A DNA stretch of 64,000 nucleotides from Candidatus Latescibacterota bacterium (GTDB taxonomy: Bacteria > Latescibacterota > UBA2968 > GCA-2709665): assembly GCA_965226795.1 (NCBI GenBank), contig CBDDDZ010000005.1:1-64000 (forward strand), in the 5' to 3' direction. Below the pieces are notes generated by a model that did not search any database, was not told the origin of the DNA, and saw only the letters and a list, made by a program, of their open reading frames with translations. Positions 11,017-19,928 of the stretch are shown piece by piece. How positions within the stretch are numbered: the stretch's first letter is position 1; every line of letters starts with the position of its first letter. A program made the translations under genes and the position numbers.

Positions 11017-11324
11017 GTCGACGGCGACGGAGAAGACCTGAGCGTGTGCAGACCGAGCCTGGGGTGCAGGGAGATCCCAAAGTTATTCTTTCCAACACGG
11101 CTCCCAAAATGCTGGAGACGTTTCATCCCAATACAGGGCGTTTGGCTCTGGATAGGATCGAGGCCCTGAAGAACCCTCAGAATCGACGGGGCTCAATCAA
11201 GATTCAGGGTCGGCCAGCCAATGATCCCATGTTTCGAATCGAGTCCGGAAATTACAGGATCTTTTATAAGAGAATCGGTCCTGACGTTCATGTAGTGGAT
11301 ATCCGCCACAGGCAGGGGGCCTGA
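11013..11324 (+). CDS. RelE/ParE-superfamily toxin-like protein
   Basis: KIQG....FRIESGNYRIFY....VHVVDIRHR matches the RelE pattern; start uncertain. Confidence 0.7.
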   Translation: MSRRRRRRPERVQTEPGVQGDPKVILSNTAPKMLETFHPNTGRLALDRIEALKNPQNRRGSIKIQGRPANDPMFRIESGNYRIFYKRIGPDVHVVDIRHRQGA

Positions 11325-11370
11325 TAGATAGTATGATTGTAGAACCAAGATAAACGCCGACGCCATCGGC

Positions 11371-11667
11371 TTATTCGGAAGCAGCAAAGACGCGGTCCCT
11401 CACGGATATGACACGGCCGTCATCGTCATTGATGCGAACGACCTTATAGGATCGCGCTGGGTGTCCTTCACCAAGCGCCGCGGTTAGAGGATTCTTATGG
11501 TCCCACGGGCGAGAGAAGCCGATGGTTATCTTCCAATTGTTAGACGCGTCGTCAAACTCGACCTCCTCAAGACCGACATGCGCGATTTCTTCGCCGTCGA
11601 AGAGATCAATCAAATATTCTTTTGCCGCTTGCGCGGCTTCCCTCACGTCCATATTCGTGTCGTCCAT
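11371..11667 (-). CDS. Hypothetical protein (~98 aa)
   Basis: Protein-like ORF MDVREAAQAAKEYL...LEEVEFD...WKITIGF...YKVVRI; function unknown. Confidence 0.7.
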   Translation of the reverse strand: MDDTNMDVREAAQAAKEYLIDLFDGEEIAHVGLEEVEFDDASNNWKITIGFSRPWDHKNPLTAALGEGHPARSYKVVRINDDDGRVISVRDRVFAASE

Positions 11668-11817
11668 TGGGGGTCTCCGTCGGTATAGCCCAGAGTGAAT
11701 TGCAGCATCACGGAACCATCGTCCAATATACCCAAAATTCCATCCTTGGGTAACTTGGCCGCTCTGTTGCACAGGTCAACAGCCAACAAACCTTAAGCAT
11801 CAGAAGAGGACCTCGTT

Positions 11818-12948
11818 GTGAAAATCGAGTCCGCTGAGATTAGATATGTGGAACTGCCGCTGATTTCACCGTGGCGGACGGCTTACGGCGAGGACGCGTC
11901 GATTCACTCCGTGATGGTCAAGCTGTCCGGCGGCGGGGCAGAAGCCTGGGGCGAGGCGGCGCCGTTCTACGCGCCGACCTATTCGCCCGAATCCGCGCGG
12001 TCGGTTTACGAGACCGCCCGGGAGTTTTTTCTGCCCCGGCTTGTGGGTCATACGTTGGATTCTGCGGAGGAAGTCCTGGAGCGGCTGTCGATTTACAAGG
12101 GGAATCCGTTCGCGAAAGCGGCGGTGGAAACGGCGTGGTGGGCGCTCGATAGCAGGTTGAAGGCCGTACCACTCTGGCGCGTGCTGGGAGCGGTTGAGCC
12201 GGTGGTGAGATGCGGCGCGGACTTCGGGATTCAGGATACGATCGATGAGCTGCTCGCCCTGATTCAGGGAGCCGTTGACGCGGGTTATCCGCGGATCAAG
12301 TTGAAAGTGAAACACGGATGGGACGTAGACATGCTCGCTGCCGTGCGGTCGGCCTTTCCCGATCCGGTGATTCACGCGGATTGCAACTCCGGATACGACC
12401 TGAAAACGGATTTCGATACACTCAAGGCATTCGACCGGTTCAACCTGGCGATGATCGAACAGCCTCTGGACCATACGGATCTCATCGAGCACGCGGAGTT
12501 GCAGCGTCAGATCGATACACCCGTGTGCCTGGATGAATCGGTAACGGGCCCCCGCGATTTCGAACTTGCGCTGAAGATCGACGCCTGCCGCGTGATCAAC
12601 GTGAAGCCGGGGCGCGTGGGCGGGCTGCGCAACGCGGTGCAGATTCACAATATGGCGCGGGACGCGGGGATGGCCGCCTGGGTAGGTGGCATGCTCGAAA
12701 GCGGCGTTGGCGCGGGCATCTGCGCCGCGTTGGGGACACTGCCGGGATTCAACTACCCGGCGGACGTGTTTCCTTCTTCGAGATTTTACGCTGAGGATAT
12801 TACGGACCGGTGGGTAGAGCAGGATGAGAAATGCAACGTCGTTCTGGATGACACGCCCGGCGTGGGATTCGATCCGGTGCCGGAAAGGTTGGATGCGGTG
12901 ACGACGATGCGGACTGTGATTAACTATGATGATCGTGATTTGCTGTGA
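11818..12948 (+). CDS. menC: o-succinylbenzoate synthase / N-acylamino acid racemase (enolase superfamily)
   Basis: RIKLK, DCN, IEQP, CLDES, NVKPGRVGG, GGMLESG, PS.RFY..D. Confidence 0.8.
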   Translation: MKIESAEIRYVELPLISPWRTAYGEDASIHSVMVKLSGGGAEAWGEAAPFYAPTYSPESARSVYETAREFFLPRLVGHTLDSAEEVLERLSIYKGNPFAKAAVETAWWALDSRLKAVPLWRVLGAVEPVVRCGADFGIQDTIDELLALIQGAVDAGYPRIKLKVKHGWDVDMLAAVRSAFPDPVIHADCNSGYDLKTDFDTLKAFDRFNLAMIEQPLDHTDLIEHAELQRQIDTPVCLDESVTGPRDFELALKIDACRVINVKPGRVGGLRNAVQIHNMARDAGMAAWVGGMLESGVGAGICAALGTLPGFNYPADVFPSSRFYAEDITDRWVEQDEKCNVVLDDTPGVGFDPVPERLDAVTTMRTVINYDDRDLL

Positions 12949-13059
12949 TTAAACCGCATGAAGAGACTGTAATTGATGTGGGATTGACCTGGATGGATTG
13001 ATGGCGATAAGAAGAGGTAGGATGTCCATCGATCGGCTGAATCCACGGATGGGCGCCTG

Positions 13060-13180
13060 CACCCTGAGCCTGTCGAAGGGTAGCGAAGCGCGGGCATTTC
13101 GACAAGCTTGCTTCGACAAGCGCAGCACAGGTAATGACCATTGCTTCGGTATGCGGTTTTCGACTGCGCTCTGAATGACA
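13060..13180. repeat. Decayed REP-like extragenic palindromic cluster
   Basis: CACCCTGAGCCTGTCGAAGGG followed by complementary TTCGACAAGC units (x2) and TTCGACTGCGCTCTGAATGACA, between convergent genes. Confidence 0.45.
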
Positions 13181-13249
13181 GGTCGGCCGATCGTCAGATT
13201 CGTTTGATGTGATCATCCCCGTCGCCGATTAAAAATGCGACGGTTTTTT

Positions 13250-14599
13250 TTAGGGAAAAAGCCGCGCCAGCAGGTCGCCCGCAAGGTTCTCCATGGCAGG
13301 GGCCGTTCCGCCGCCGCCCAGGGAGGAGTTGGCCGCCCAGGTTTCGTACCCGCCCTCCCGGGTAAGGGCTTCGTCGGTACAGATATAGCCGATGTATCCG
13401 TTGGCAAGGCTTACGATGAAGACGGGGGCGGCGGGCGTCCGGGATTTGATTTTGAGGCCTGATTCAACAAAAACCTCGCCCGGTAGGGCCGCGATGGCTG
13501 CGTCGCCGAGTCTGATGGCCTGTACCGTGGCGTTCATTCTGGAGGGGAGATTCGCCAGGCGCCGGCATTCCATGGCGTAGATGTCCACGATGGACCGCGG
13601 GATGGGTTGGCCCACAACCCAACTGAACGGACCCTGGTCGTATTCGGGCGGATTGTCCGGAGACGCGAGGATTTTTTCCGCCATTTCCAGGTCTTCGGGC
13701 GTGATGGTTCTGGGCGAGAAATCGAATGTACCGGTAGCTGCCCTGAGTTCGAGTGTGTCCTGCATTTCCATGAGTTGGATCTCGGTGAGCATGTGTCCGG
13801 CCAGGACGTTGGCCATTTTCTTTGCGTGGGCATGCCCCCGGTCCTTCCACCTGCGGCGGCCGCTGAAGTCGATATTGTTGATCTGGCCGGACGCGGCATT
13901 CCAGAGCAGTGGGACGCAGTCGCCTCCCAGGTAGCGGCGCATGAGGCGGAAGAAGTGGCCGAAGTAGTCCGCCGAGATGCCGCTGCCGGCGCCGATATAG
14001 TGAAGGGAATAGCAGGCAACGGCCGACAGAGGGTCGCCGTCGAGGTCTTCCACGTAGAACATTGCGAGTTCCGGGTCGGTTGGGCCCGCGGGTTCGATCA
14101 GGTCCGGATTGGCGATTCCCGGGTTCATTCGCACGGTGCCGTCTTTCATGCGCCAGCGGCGGTTGAATGCGATGCGGTCCTCCTGCACGCTGGCGAAGCC
14201 GATGCGGGCGGGGCGCAGACGCCGGCACGCAAGTTCGGCGGCGTCTGCGATCTTGAGGTGGAGCCATTCGATATAGTCGCCGTCGCCGTCCGTACCCAGC
14301 AGATCGGCGATGCCGCCCCCGCTGTGGGTGTGGGTGGCGTTGATCATCGTATTTTCGATCGGGATGCCGCATCGCCGGGCAACGCGTTGCCTGGCACGAT
14401 CCGCGATATTCTGCGGCATGCCAATGAGATCGCAGGTGATGAAGGCGAGGCGGGTATGGCCGTTATCCAGGACGAGGGCTTTGGCCAGGAGTTCGTCGTC
14501 CACGTCTTCGGCGTGCCTGGCGCGCACACTCCCGGGAATGGTGACGCCAAGCCAGGGGGTGATATTGGCCGTGGCGGCGCCTGCCTGTAAAGCGTCCAT
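13250..14599 (-). CDS. Neutral/alkaline ceramidase-like hydrolase
   Basis: ATHTHSG, FNRR, GPTDPEL, LPGEVF, LANGYIGYI...GGYE. Confidence 0.75.
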   Translation of the reverse strand: MDALQAGAATANITPWLGVTIPGSVRARHAEDVDDELLAKALVLDNGHTRLAFITCDLIGMPQNIADRARQRVARRCGIPIENTMINATHTHSGGGIADLLGTDGDGDYIEWLHLKIADAAELACRRLRPARIGFASVQEDRIAFNRRWRMKDGTVRMNPGIANPDLIEPAGPTDPELAMFYVEDLDGDPLSAVACYSLHYIGAGSGISADYFGHFFRLMRRYLGGDCVPLLWNAASGQINNIDFSGRRRWKDRGHAHAKKMANVLAGHMLTEIQLMEMQDTLELRAATGTFDFSPRTITPEDLEMAEKILASPDNPPEYDQGPFSWVVGQPIPRSIVDIYAMECRRLANLPSRMNATVQAIRLGDAAIAALPGEVFVESGLKIKSRTPAAPVFIVSLANGYIGYICTDEALTREGGYETWAANSSLGGGGTAPAMENLAGDLLARLFP

Positions 14600-14623
14600 A
14601 AGAAATCTCCTTACGTTCCGAGC

Positions 14624-15625
14624 CTACTCGATTCTCAGGAATTCGCCGCCCCTGCGGGCGGATTCTTCGGCCATAATGCAGGCCCTGGCGACACCCAGGA
14701 CGTCTGAGGTGGAGATGAAGTTTTCATTGTCGCGGGAGAATGCGTCGACCATGTTCTCCACGAAACTGCTGTTGCGTTCCGGCGGGAATTCGGGTTCGTA
14801 GGCCCCTTTGCCGTCGGTGACGATGCGTAGGCTGTCTCCCGCGTACGCCCGCAGATGGGCGGACCCCTTTGTGCCCATGATGATAAAGCGGGTGTCGCCG
14901 AAAGAGGGAGAGTCTTTGGGAGTCAGCCAATCCGCCGTGAGTATCGCGCATGCTCCCGTGCTCATCTGAAATGACGCCTGAATGTGGTCCATTTCCAGCT
15001 TTTGGGGGCCATCTGTGTGTTTTTTGCAGGCGCCGATGGCGTGGACGCCCACGCATTCCCCGCCTGTAAGCCATCGGACCTGGTCCACCCCGTGGCATGC
15101 AACGTCGCTGAAGGTGCCGGAGTAGATCCTCGGATCGAAATACCAGTCGGGAGCCCATTCTCCGAGCTTGTGGGGATGGGTGGAAATGAGGCTGACGATC
15201 TCGCCGAGTTCTCCGGCCAGAATGGCTTCTCTCAGTGCAATGAACGGTGGATAGCTCCGGGAGGTGTAGAACATCGTCAGGCGGATGTTGTGGTTTTGGA
15301 CCGCGGTTTGTATGCGATTCCAATCGTCCTGGGACCGGCACAGCGGTTTGTCCAGGAAGACATGCGCGCCGGCCGCGGCGCAGGTCTCGATCATGTCCAC
15401 CTTCTCGTGGTGGCCCACGCCTTCCATGACAGCGTCGGCGCGGGTTGCGCCCAGCATATCCTGGAGGGTGGGATACCGGGGCACGTCGACGTCGCGGGTA
15501 TACTGTTTGTAAAGTGTATCGTCGGGTTCCACGATGCCGACCAGCTCCGCGTTGGGAGCTTTCAAGGCCGACCGGAACATACCGCCGATATGTCCGTAGT
15601 GGACGCCCATGACTGCGATTTTCAT
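14624..15625 (-). CDS. Gfo/Idh/MocA-family oxidoreductase
   Basis: MKIAVMG, HVFLDKP, DVACHGVD. Confidence 0.85.
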   Translation of the reverse strand: MKIAVMGVHYGHIGGMFRSALKAPNAELVGIVEPDDTLYKQYTRDVDVPRYPTLQDMLGATRADAVMEGVGHHEKVDMIETCAAAGAHVFLDKPLCRSQDDWNRIQTAVQNHNIRLTMFYTSRSYPPFIALREAILAGELGEIVSLISTHPHKLGEWAPDWYFDPRIYSGTFSDVACHGVDQVRWLTGGECVGVHAIGACKKHTDGPQKLEMDHIQASFQMSTGACAILTADWLTPKDSPSFGDTRFIIMGTKGSAHLRAYAGDSLRIVTDGKGAYEPEFPPERNSSFVENMVDAFSRDNENFISTSDVLGVARACIMAEESARRGGEFLRIE

Positions 15626-15721
15626 TGCGTGGCTCCCTTTAGACCTTATGTATTGACGTGCCAGCCGGCCGACTCGGCGGCCGGATTTCGGCAATCTATC
15701 TCCGGGACAGATCACTCGCGC

Positions 15722-16840
15722 CTACCCGGAATATCGCTTGACTCTCTCGTGGTCCAGTTCTATTCCCAGTCCGGGCGCGGTGGGTATGGTAAGCAGGCCG
15801 TTGTCGTCGAGTTGGAAGGGTTCGGTCAGGATGTCTTCTATGTAGGGCGACGGGGTGATGTATTCCACCCATCGGGCCGTGGGGTGGGCCGCGGCAAGAT
15901 GGAGGTCGGCGGCGAGGCCGACTGCAGTGTTCCATCCGTGGGTGACCAGCAGGACGTTGTGGTTGCAGGCGTGCCAGAGGATTCGCCGGGTTTCCGATAG
16001 GCCGCCGACTTTGGTGGTGTCCGGCTGCACGATGTCCAAGGCGCCGCGCGCGATCCAGGAAAGGAAGCTCTGCCGGCGGGTCAGGACTTCGCCGCCGGCA
16101 ATGGGAACGGGGGCGTTCTGCCGGAGGGCGACGTGTCCCTCGATATCGTCGGGAGGCAGGGCTTCCTCGAACCAGACCACGTCGTAGTCGGCGAGCATCC
16201 GCGCGGTTTCGAGCGCCCATTTGTAGCCGTGGGGCCAGAACTGATCGCTCCCGCCTGCGTCGACCATGAGTTCAACGTCCGGACCCACGGTTTCACGGGC
16301 GAGTCTGACGAGTCGCTCATCGGTGTGCTTATCCACGCGGCCGAAGGGTCCCCAGCCGAGTTTGAGCGCGCGGAAGCCGCGGGAGATGGCCGACACCAGT
16401 GTCTGCTTGAACGCGTCGCCGTCGGCCTCGAAAAGGAGTGAGCCATAGGGTTTGATCTTGTGGCGGTAGTACCCGCCCAACAGGCGCCCCACGGGTTGCC
16501 CGCTGGCTTTTCCCAGAAGGTCCCACAGGGCGATGTCAATGCCCGAGATTGCGTGCGTGACCGAGCCGCCCCGGCCCTGCCAGAAGGTCGCCTGGTGGAG
16601 TTTTTCGGAGACGCGTTCCGGTTCGATGGCCGACTCGCCGACATAATGAGGTTTAAGGAGGTCGAGCGCGGCGTCGACCAGGGCCTTGCTCGTGGCGACG
16701 CTTCCCAGGCCGGTGAGGCCGCTGTCGGTATGCACTTCCACAAGGGTGTGCAGGTTTTCCGACGGCGGGGTTTCCGCCGCCCAGCCGGATTTCGGCGTTG
16801 CGCCCCGGAGGGCGATTGTCCGGATGCTGGTAATTCTCAC
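15722..16840 (-). CDS. Mandelate racemase/muconate lactonizing enzyme family protein
   Basis: SGIDIALWDL.GK, LMVDAG, WFEE, GGE, QPD..KVGG; GTG start at 16840. Confidence 0.88.
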   Translation of the reverse strand: MRITSIRTIALRGATPKSGWAAETPPSENLHTLVEVHTDSGLTGLGSVATSKALVDAALDLLKPHYVGESAIEPERVSEKLHQATFWQGRGGSVTHAISGIDIALWDLLGKASGQPVGRLLGGYYRHKIKPYGSLLFEADGDAFKQTLVSAISRGFRALKLGWGPFGRVDKHTDERLVRLARETVGPDVELMVDAGGSDQFWPHGYKWALETARMLADYDVVWFEEALPPDDIEGHVALRQNAPVPIAGGEVLTRRQSFLSWIARGALDIVQPDTTKVGGLSETRRILWHACNHNVLLVTHGWNTAVGLAADLHLAAAHPTARWVEYITPSPYIEDILTEPFQLDDNGLLTIPTAPGLGIELDHERVKRYSG

Positions 16841-17155
16841 GTCGAATAACCTGTGTTGGAAGGTGAGGACCGCGAAAGGCCGGACTACGGATAATTGCGG
16901 ATGCGGACCGAAACGGTGATGACTCCTCCAATAGTTCCCGACCCTGCAGGTCCTGGAACATCGCAATATATCGAATCCACGCTTTGGCTTCAACAGGAAA
17001 TATATACCTCCCGGCAGAACCGGCGCACCTGCGATATGCCAAAATGGCAGATCGAGGATTTCGATGTGGTCCAATTGCAATCGAAGCGGGTTACGGATTC
17101 GGATGTTTATTTGTAATATTATATATATCAATATGATATCGACAACGAACACTTT

Positions 17156-17172
17156 CGGGCATAATTGTTGCT
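17156..17172 (+). promoter_or_regulatory. Putative sigma54 (-24/-12) promoter of lon
   Basis: CGGGCATAATTGTTGCT = GG-N10-GC, preceded by an AT-rich tract at 17105-17140. Confidence 0.55.
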
Positions 17173-17246
17173 AATTCGAGAAGAGGTGATTACTTGACAA
17201 CGATTTTTCGAATCGGGACGATCGACATACATAAGGAGCGGACCGG

Positions 17247-19745
17247 ATGGCGGATGAGACAACGTCAAAAAGTATGGAAGTGATCGACCGTACGCACGTC
17301 CCCGGCGAGGTGCCCATGTTGAGAAGCAGGGACGTGGTGATTTTTCCCTACATGTTGTCGCCTTTGTTTATCGAAAGCGAACAGGCGATCCGGGCCGTGG
17401 ATACGGCCGTGAACGGCGGGCATCGGATCGTAGCTTTGTTCGGGCAGAAGCCGGTTCCGGAACAACGGGAGACCGGACCGAAGAACGACGTCGGTGAGGA
17501 GGAAGGCGAGATTCAGGCCGAAGACCTTTACCAGGTGGGCACGGCGGTCCAGGTGGTCCGGATGCAGCGAACGCCGGAAAACAAGCTGCAGGTGCTTGTC
17601 AACGGAATTGCCCGCGTGGGCCTGCAGGCGCTGGTTCAAACCACGCCCTATCCGCTGGCACAGGTCAAGGTGCTGGAGGGATGGGCGGAAAAGACGAACG
17701 AGTTGGAGGCGCTCTCCCAGAACGTGATGGGTCTGTTCAAGAAGGCCATGGAATTGGTGCCCAATGTGCCCAAAGAGCTGATTGCGGCGCTGGATTCTCT
17801 GACCGAAAAGGAACAGAAGGTGGATTTTATCGCTTCCCAGTTCAACCTGAGGTTTGAAGAGCGGCAGGAGGTGTTGTCTGAACTCAACCTCAGACTCAGG
17901 TTGGAACTGATTCACAAGTTTCTGACGCGGGAGGTCGAAATCCTGGAATTGCGGCAGAAAATCCAGAGCGATGCGGCCGGTTCCATGGATGAGGCGCAAC
18001 GGGAATATTTCCTGCGACAGCAACTGAAGGCCATACGCGAGGAACTGGGCGAAGGCGAGGACGAGGCCGAGGAGGTCGAGGAGTTAGCCGGAAAAATCGA
18101 AGCCGCGGGCATGCCGGGCGAGGCGCGAAAAGTCGCCGAGCGGGAGCTCTCGCGGATGGACAAGATGGCCCGCGAGTCCGGCGAATATACCGTGTCGCGG
18201 ACCTATCTGGACTGGCTGGTCGAACTGCCATGGAGTAAGTCGAGCGAAGATCGTATCGACGTGGACCGGGCGCAGAAGATTCTGGATGACGACCACTACG
18301 GGATAGAAAAACCGAAGGATCGAATTCTGGAGTATCTGGCGGTTCGGGGGCTGAAAAACGACATGCGGGGTCCGATCCTGTGCCTGGTGGGTCCGCCGGG
18401 TACGGGGAAAACGTCGCTGGGCCGTTCCGTGGCGCGTGCCCTGGACCGCACATTTGTCCGGATATCGCTGGGCGGCGTTAGGGACGAATCCGAGGTCAGG
18501 GGCCACCGGCGGACCTACGTCGGTGCGCTGCCGGGGCGGATTATCCAGGGTTTGCGAAGGGCGGGTACAAACAATCCGGTGTTCATGCTGGACGAGATCG
18601 ACAAATTGGGCGCCGATTTCCGGGGCGACCCATCCGCGGCGCTGCTGGAGGTGCTGGACCCCGAGCAGAATTGCGGATTCGAGGATCATTACCTGGACGT
18701 GCCGTTCGATCTCTCGCAGGTGATGTTTATTGCCACCGCGAACACGTTGCATACGATCCCGCCCGCGCTGCTGGACCGGATGGAGGTCCTGGAACTGCCG
18801 GGCTATACCGAGCAGGAGAAGATGCAGATCGCCCGCTGCTATCTGGTGCCCCGGCAGCTTGACGAGCACGGGTTGACGGCCAGGCGGCTGGAAATCGACA
18901 ACGAGGCGCTAACGGGATTGATCCGATACTATACCTGCGAGGCGGGGTTGCGGAACCTGGAGCGGGCGGTGGGAACGCTTTGCCGGAAGGTGGCGCGCCG
19001 GTTCGCACAGGGTCGGAAGCGAAAGGTGAAGGTGAAAAACGGGCAGTTGCACGAATACCTGGGGTCCCGGCAGTTCCAGCACGAAATCGCCGAGGCCAAT
19101 GACGAGGTCGGCGTTGCGGCGGGGCTGGCGGTGACGTCTGCGGGCGGGGACGTGATGTTCGTGGAGGCCACCCTGATGCCGGGCGCAGGGAATCTGAACC
19201 TGACCGGTCAGGTGGGCGACGTGATGAAGGAGTCCGTGCAGGCCGCGATGACGTACGTGCGCTCCCGGTGGGAGAGCTTGGGATTGCCGGAGAAGTTCAG
19301 CGAGGAAAAGGACGTGCACGTTCACGCACCCGCGGGAGCGGTGCCAAAGGACGGGCCGTCGGCGGGCATTACGATGGCGGCCGTGCTGGCGTCGGTTTTT
19401 ACGGGGCGGCCCGTTCGAAAGGACGTGGCGATGACCGGGGAAATTACGCTGCGCGGCAAGGTGCTGCCGGTTGGCGGCGTGCGGGACAAGATATTGGCCG
19501 CGCACCGCGCCGGCATCCGGACGGTGATCCTGCCTGACAAAAACCGAAAGGACCTGGAGGACGTGCCGGATGCGGTTCGGAAGGACGTAAAGCTGGTGTT
19601 CGCCGACCATATGGACAAGGTGCTGGATACCGCTTTGGTCAAAAAGCGGCGGGCGTCGGCCAAACGCCGACCCTCGGTGGCGGGGAAACGGTCATCCGTC
19701 CGCTCCGGCACCCACCCGCGGCCGGCCGTGACGGCGGACGGGTGA
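17247..19745 (+). CDS. lon: ATP-dependent protease La
   Basis: LON N-domain, GPPGTGKTS, RGHRRTYVGA, PKDGPSAG catalytic Ser, TGEITLRGKVLPVGG..K. Confidence 0.97.
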   Translation: MADETTSKSMEVIDRTHVPGEVPMLRSRDVVIFPYMLSPLFIESEQAIRAVDTAVNGGHRIVALFGQKPVPEQRETGPKNDVGEEEGEIQAEDLYQVGTAVQVVRMQRTPENKLQVLVNGIARVGLQALVQTTPYPLAQVKVLEGWAEKTNELEALSQNVMGLFKKAMELVPNVPKELIAALDSLTEKEQKVDFIASQFNLRFEERQEVLSELNLRLRLELIHKFLTREVEILELRQKIQSDAAGSMDEAQREYFLRQQLKAIREELGEGEDEAEEVEELAGKIEAAGMPGEARKVAERELSRMDKMARESGEYTVSRTYLDWLVELPWSKSSEDRIDVDRAQKILDDDHYGIEKPKDRILEYLAVRGLKNDMRGPILCLVGPPGTGKTSLGRSVARALDRTFVRISLGGVRDESEVRGHRRTYVGALPGRIIQGLRRAGTNNPVFMLDEIDKLGADFRGDPSAALLEVLDPEQNCGFEDHYLDVPFDLSQVMFIATANTLHTIPPALLDRMEVLELPGYTEQEKMQIARCYLVPRQLDEHGLTARRLEIDNEALTGLIRYYTCEAGLRNLERAVGTLCRKVARRFAQGRKRKVKVKNGQLHEYLGSRQFQHEIAEANDEVGVAAGLAVTSAGGDVMFVEATLMPGAGNLNLTGQVGDVMKESVQAAMTYVRSRWESLGLPEKFSEEKDVHVHAPAGAVPKDGPSAGITMAAVLASVFTGRPVRKDVAMTGEITLRGKVLPVGGVRDKILAAHRAGIRTVILPDKNRKDLEDVPDAVRKDVKLVFADHMDKVLDTALVKKRRASAKRRPSVAGKRSSVRSGTHPRPAVTADG

Positions 19746-19928
19746 GTGAGATTCGCAGGCGGAATATCGCAAGGAAGTATGGTGAACAGAGAAGGGTCGA
19801 GGCGCGCACGTGCGGCTTCGACCCTTCTCTTCGTTATACAATCGAGCAGATGCGATTAGAGATTTGGGACTGGATTACCTCGTATTTCGGCAAGGCTGGC
19901 ACGTTCTGTGGCACGGAACCGTGAGGAA
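19686..19928. repeat. Junction repeat R0 (lon 3' end, terminator, short selW 3' remnant)
   Basis: 19847-19890 matches selW 46273-46316 at 33/44 nt by hand; region before the hairpin aligns without gaps to R1. Confidence 0.8.
19788..19830. terminator. Hairpin terminator after lon (junction copy R0)
   Basis: AGAGAAGGGTCGAGGC-N11-GCTTCGACCCTTCTCT. Confidence 0.8.

Noticed and set aside
19897..19915. Sigma54 site TGGCAC...TGGCA after the lon terminator
   Set aside because: GG-to-GC spacing is 11, not 10, and there is no gene downstream on that strand.
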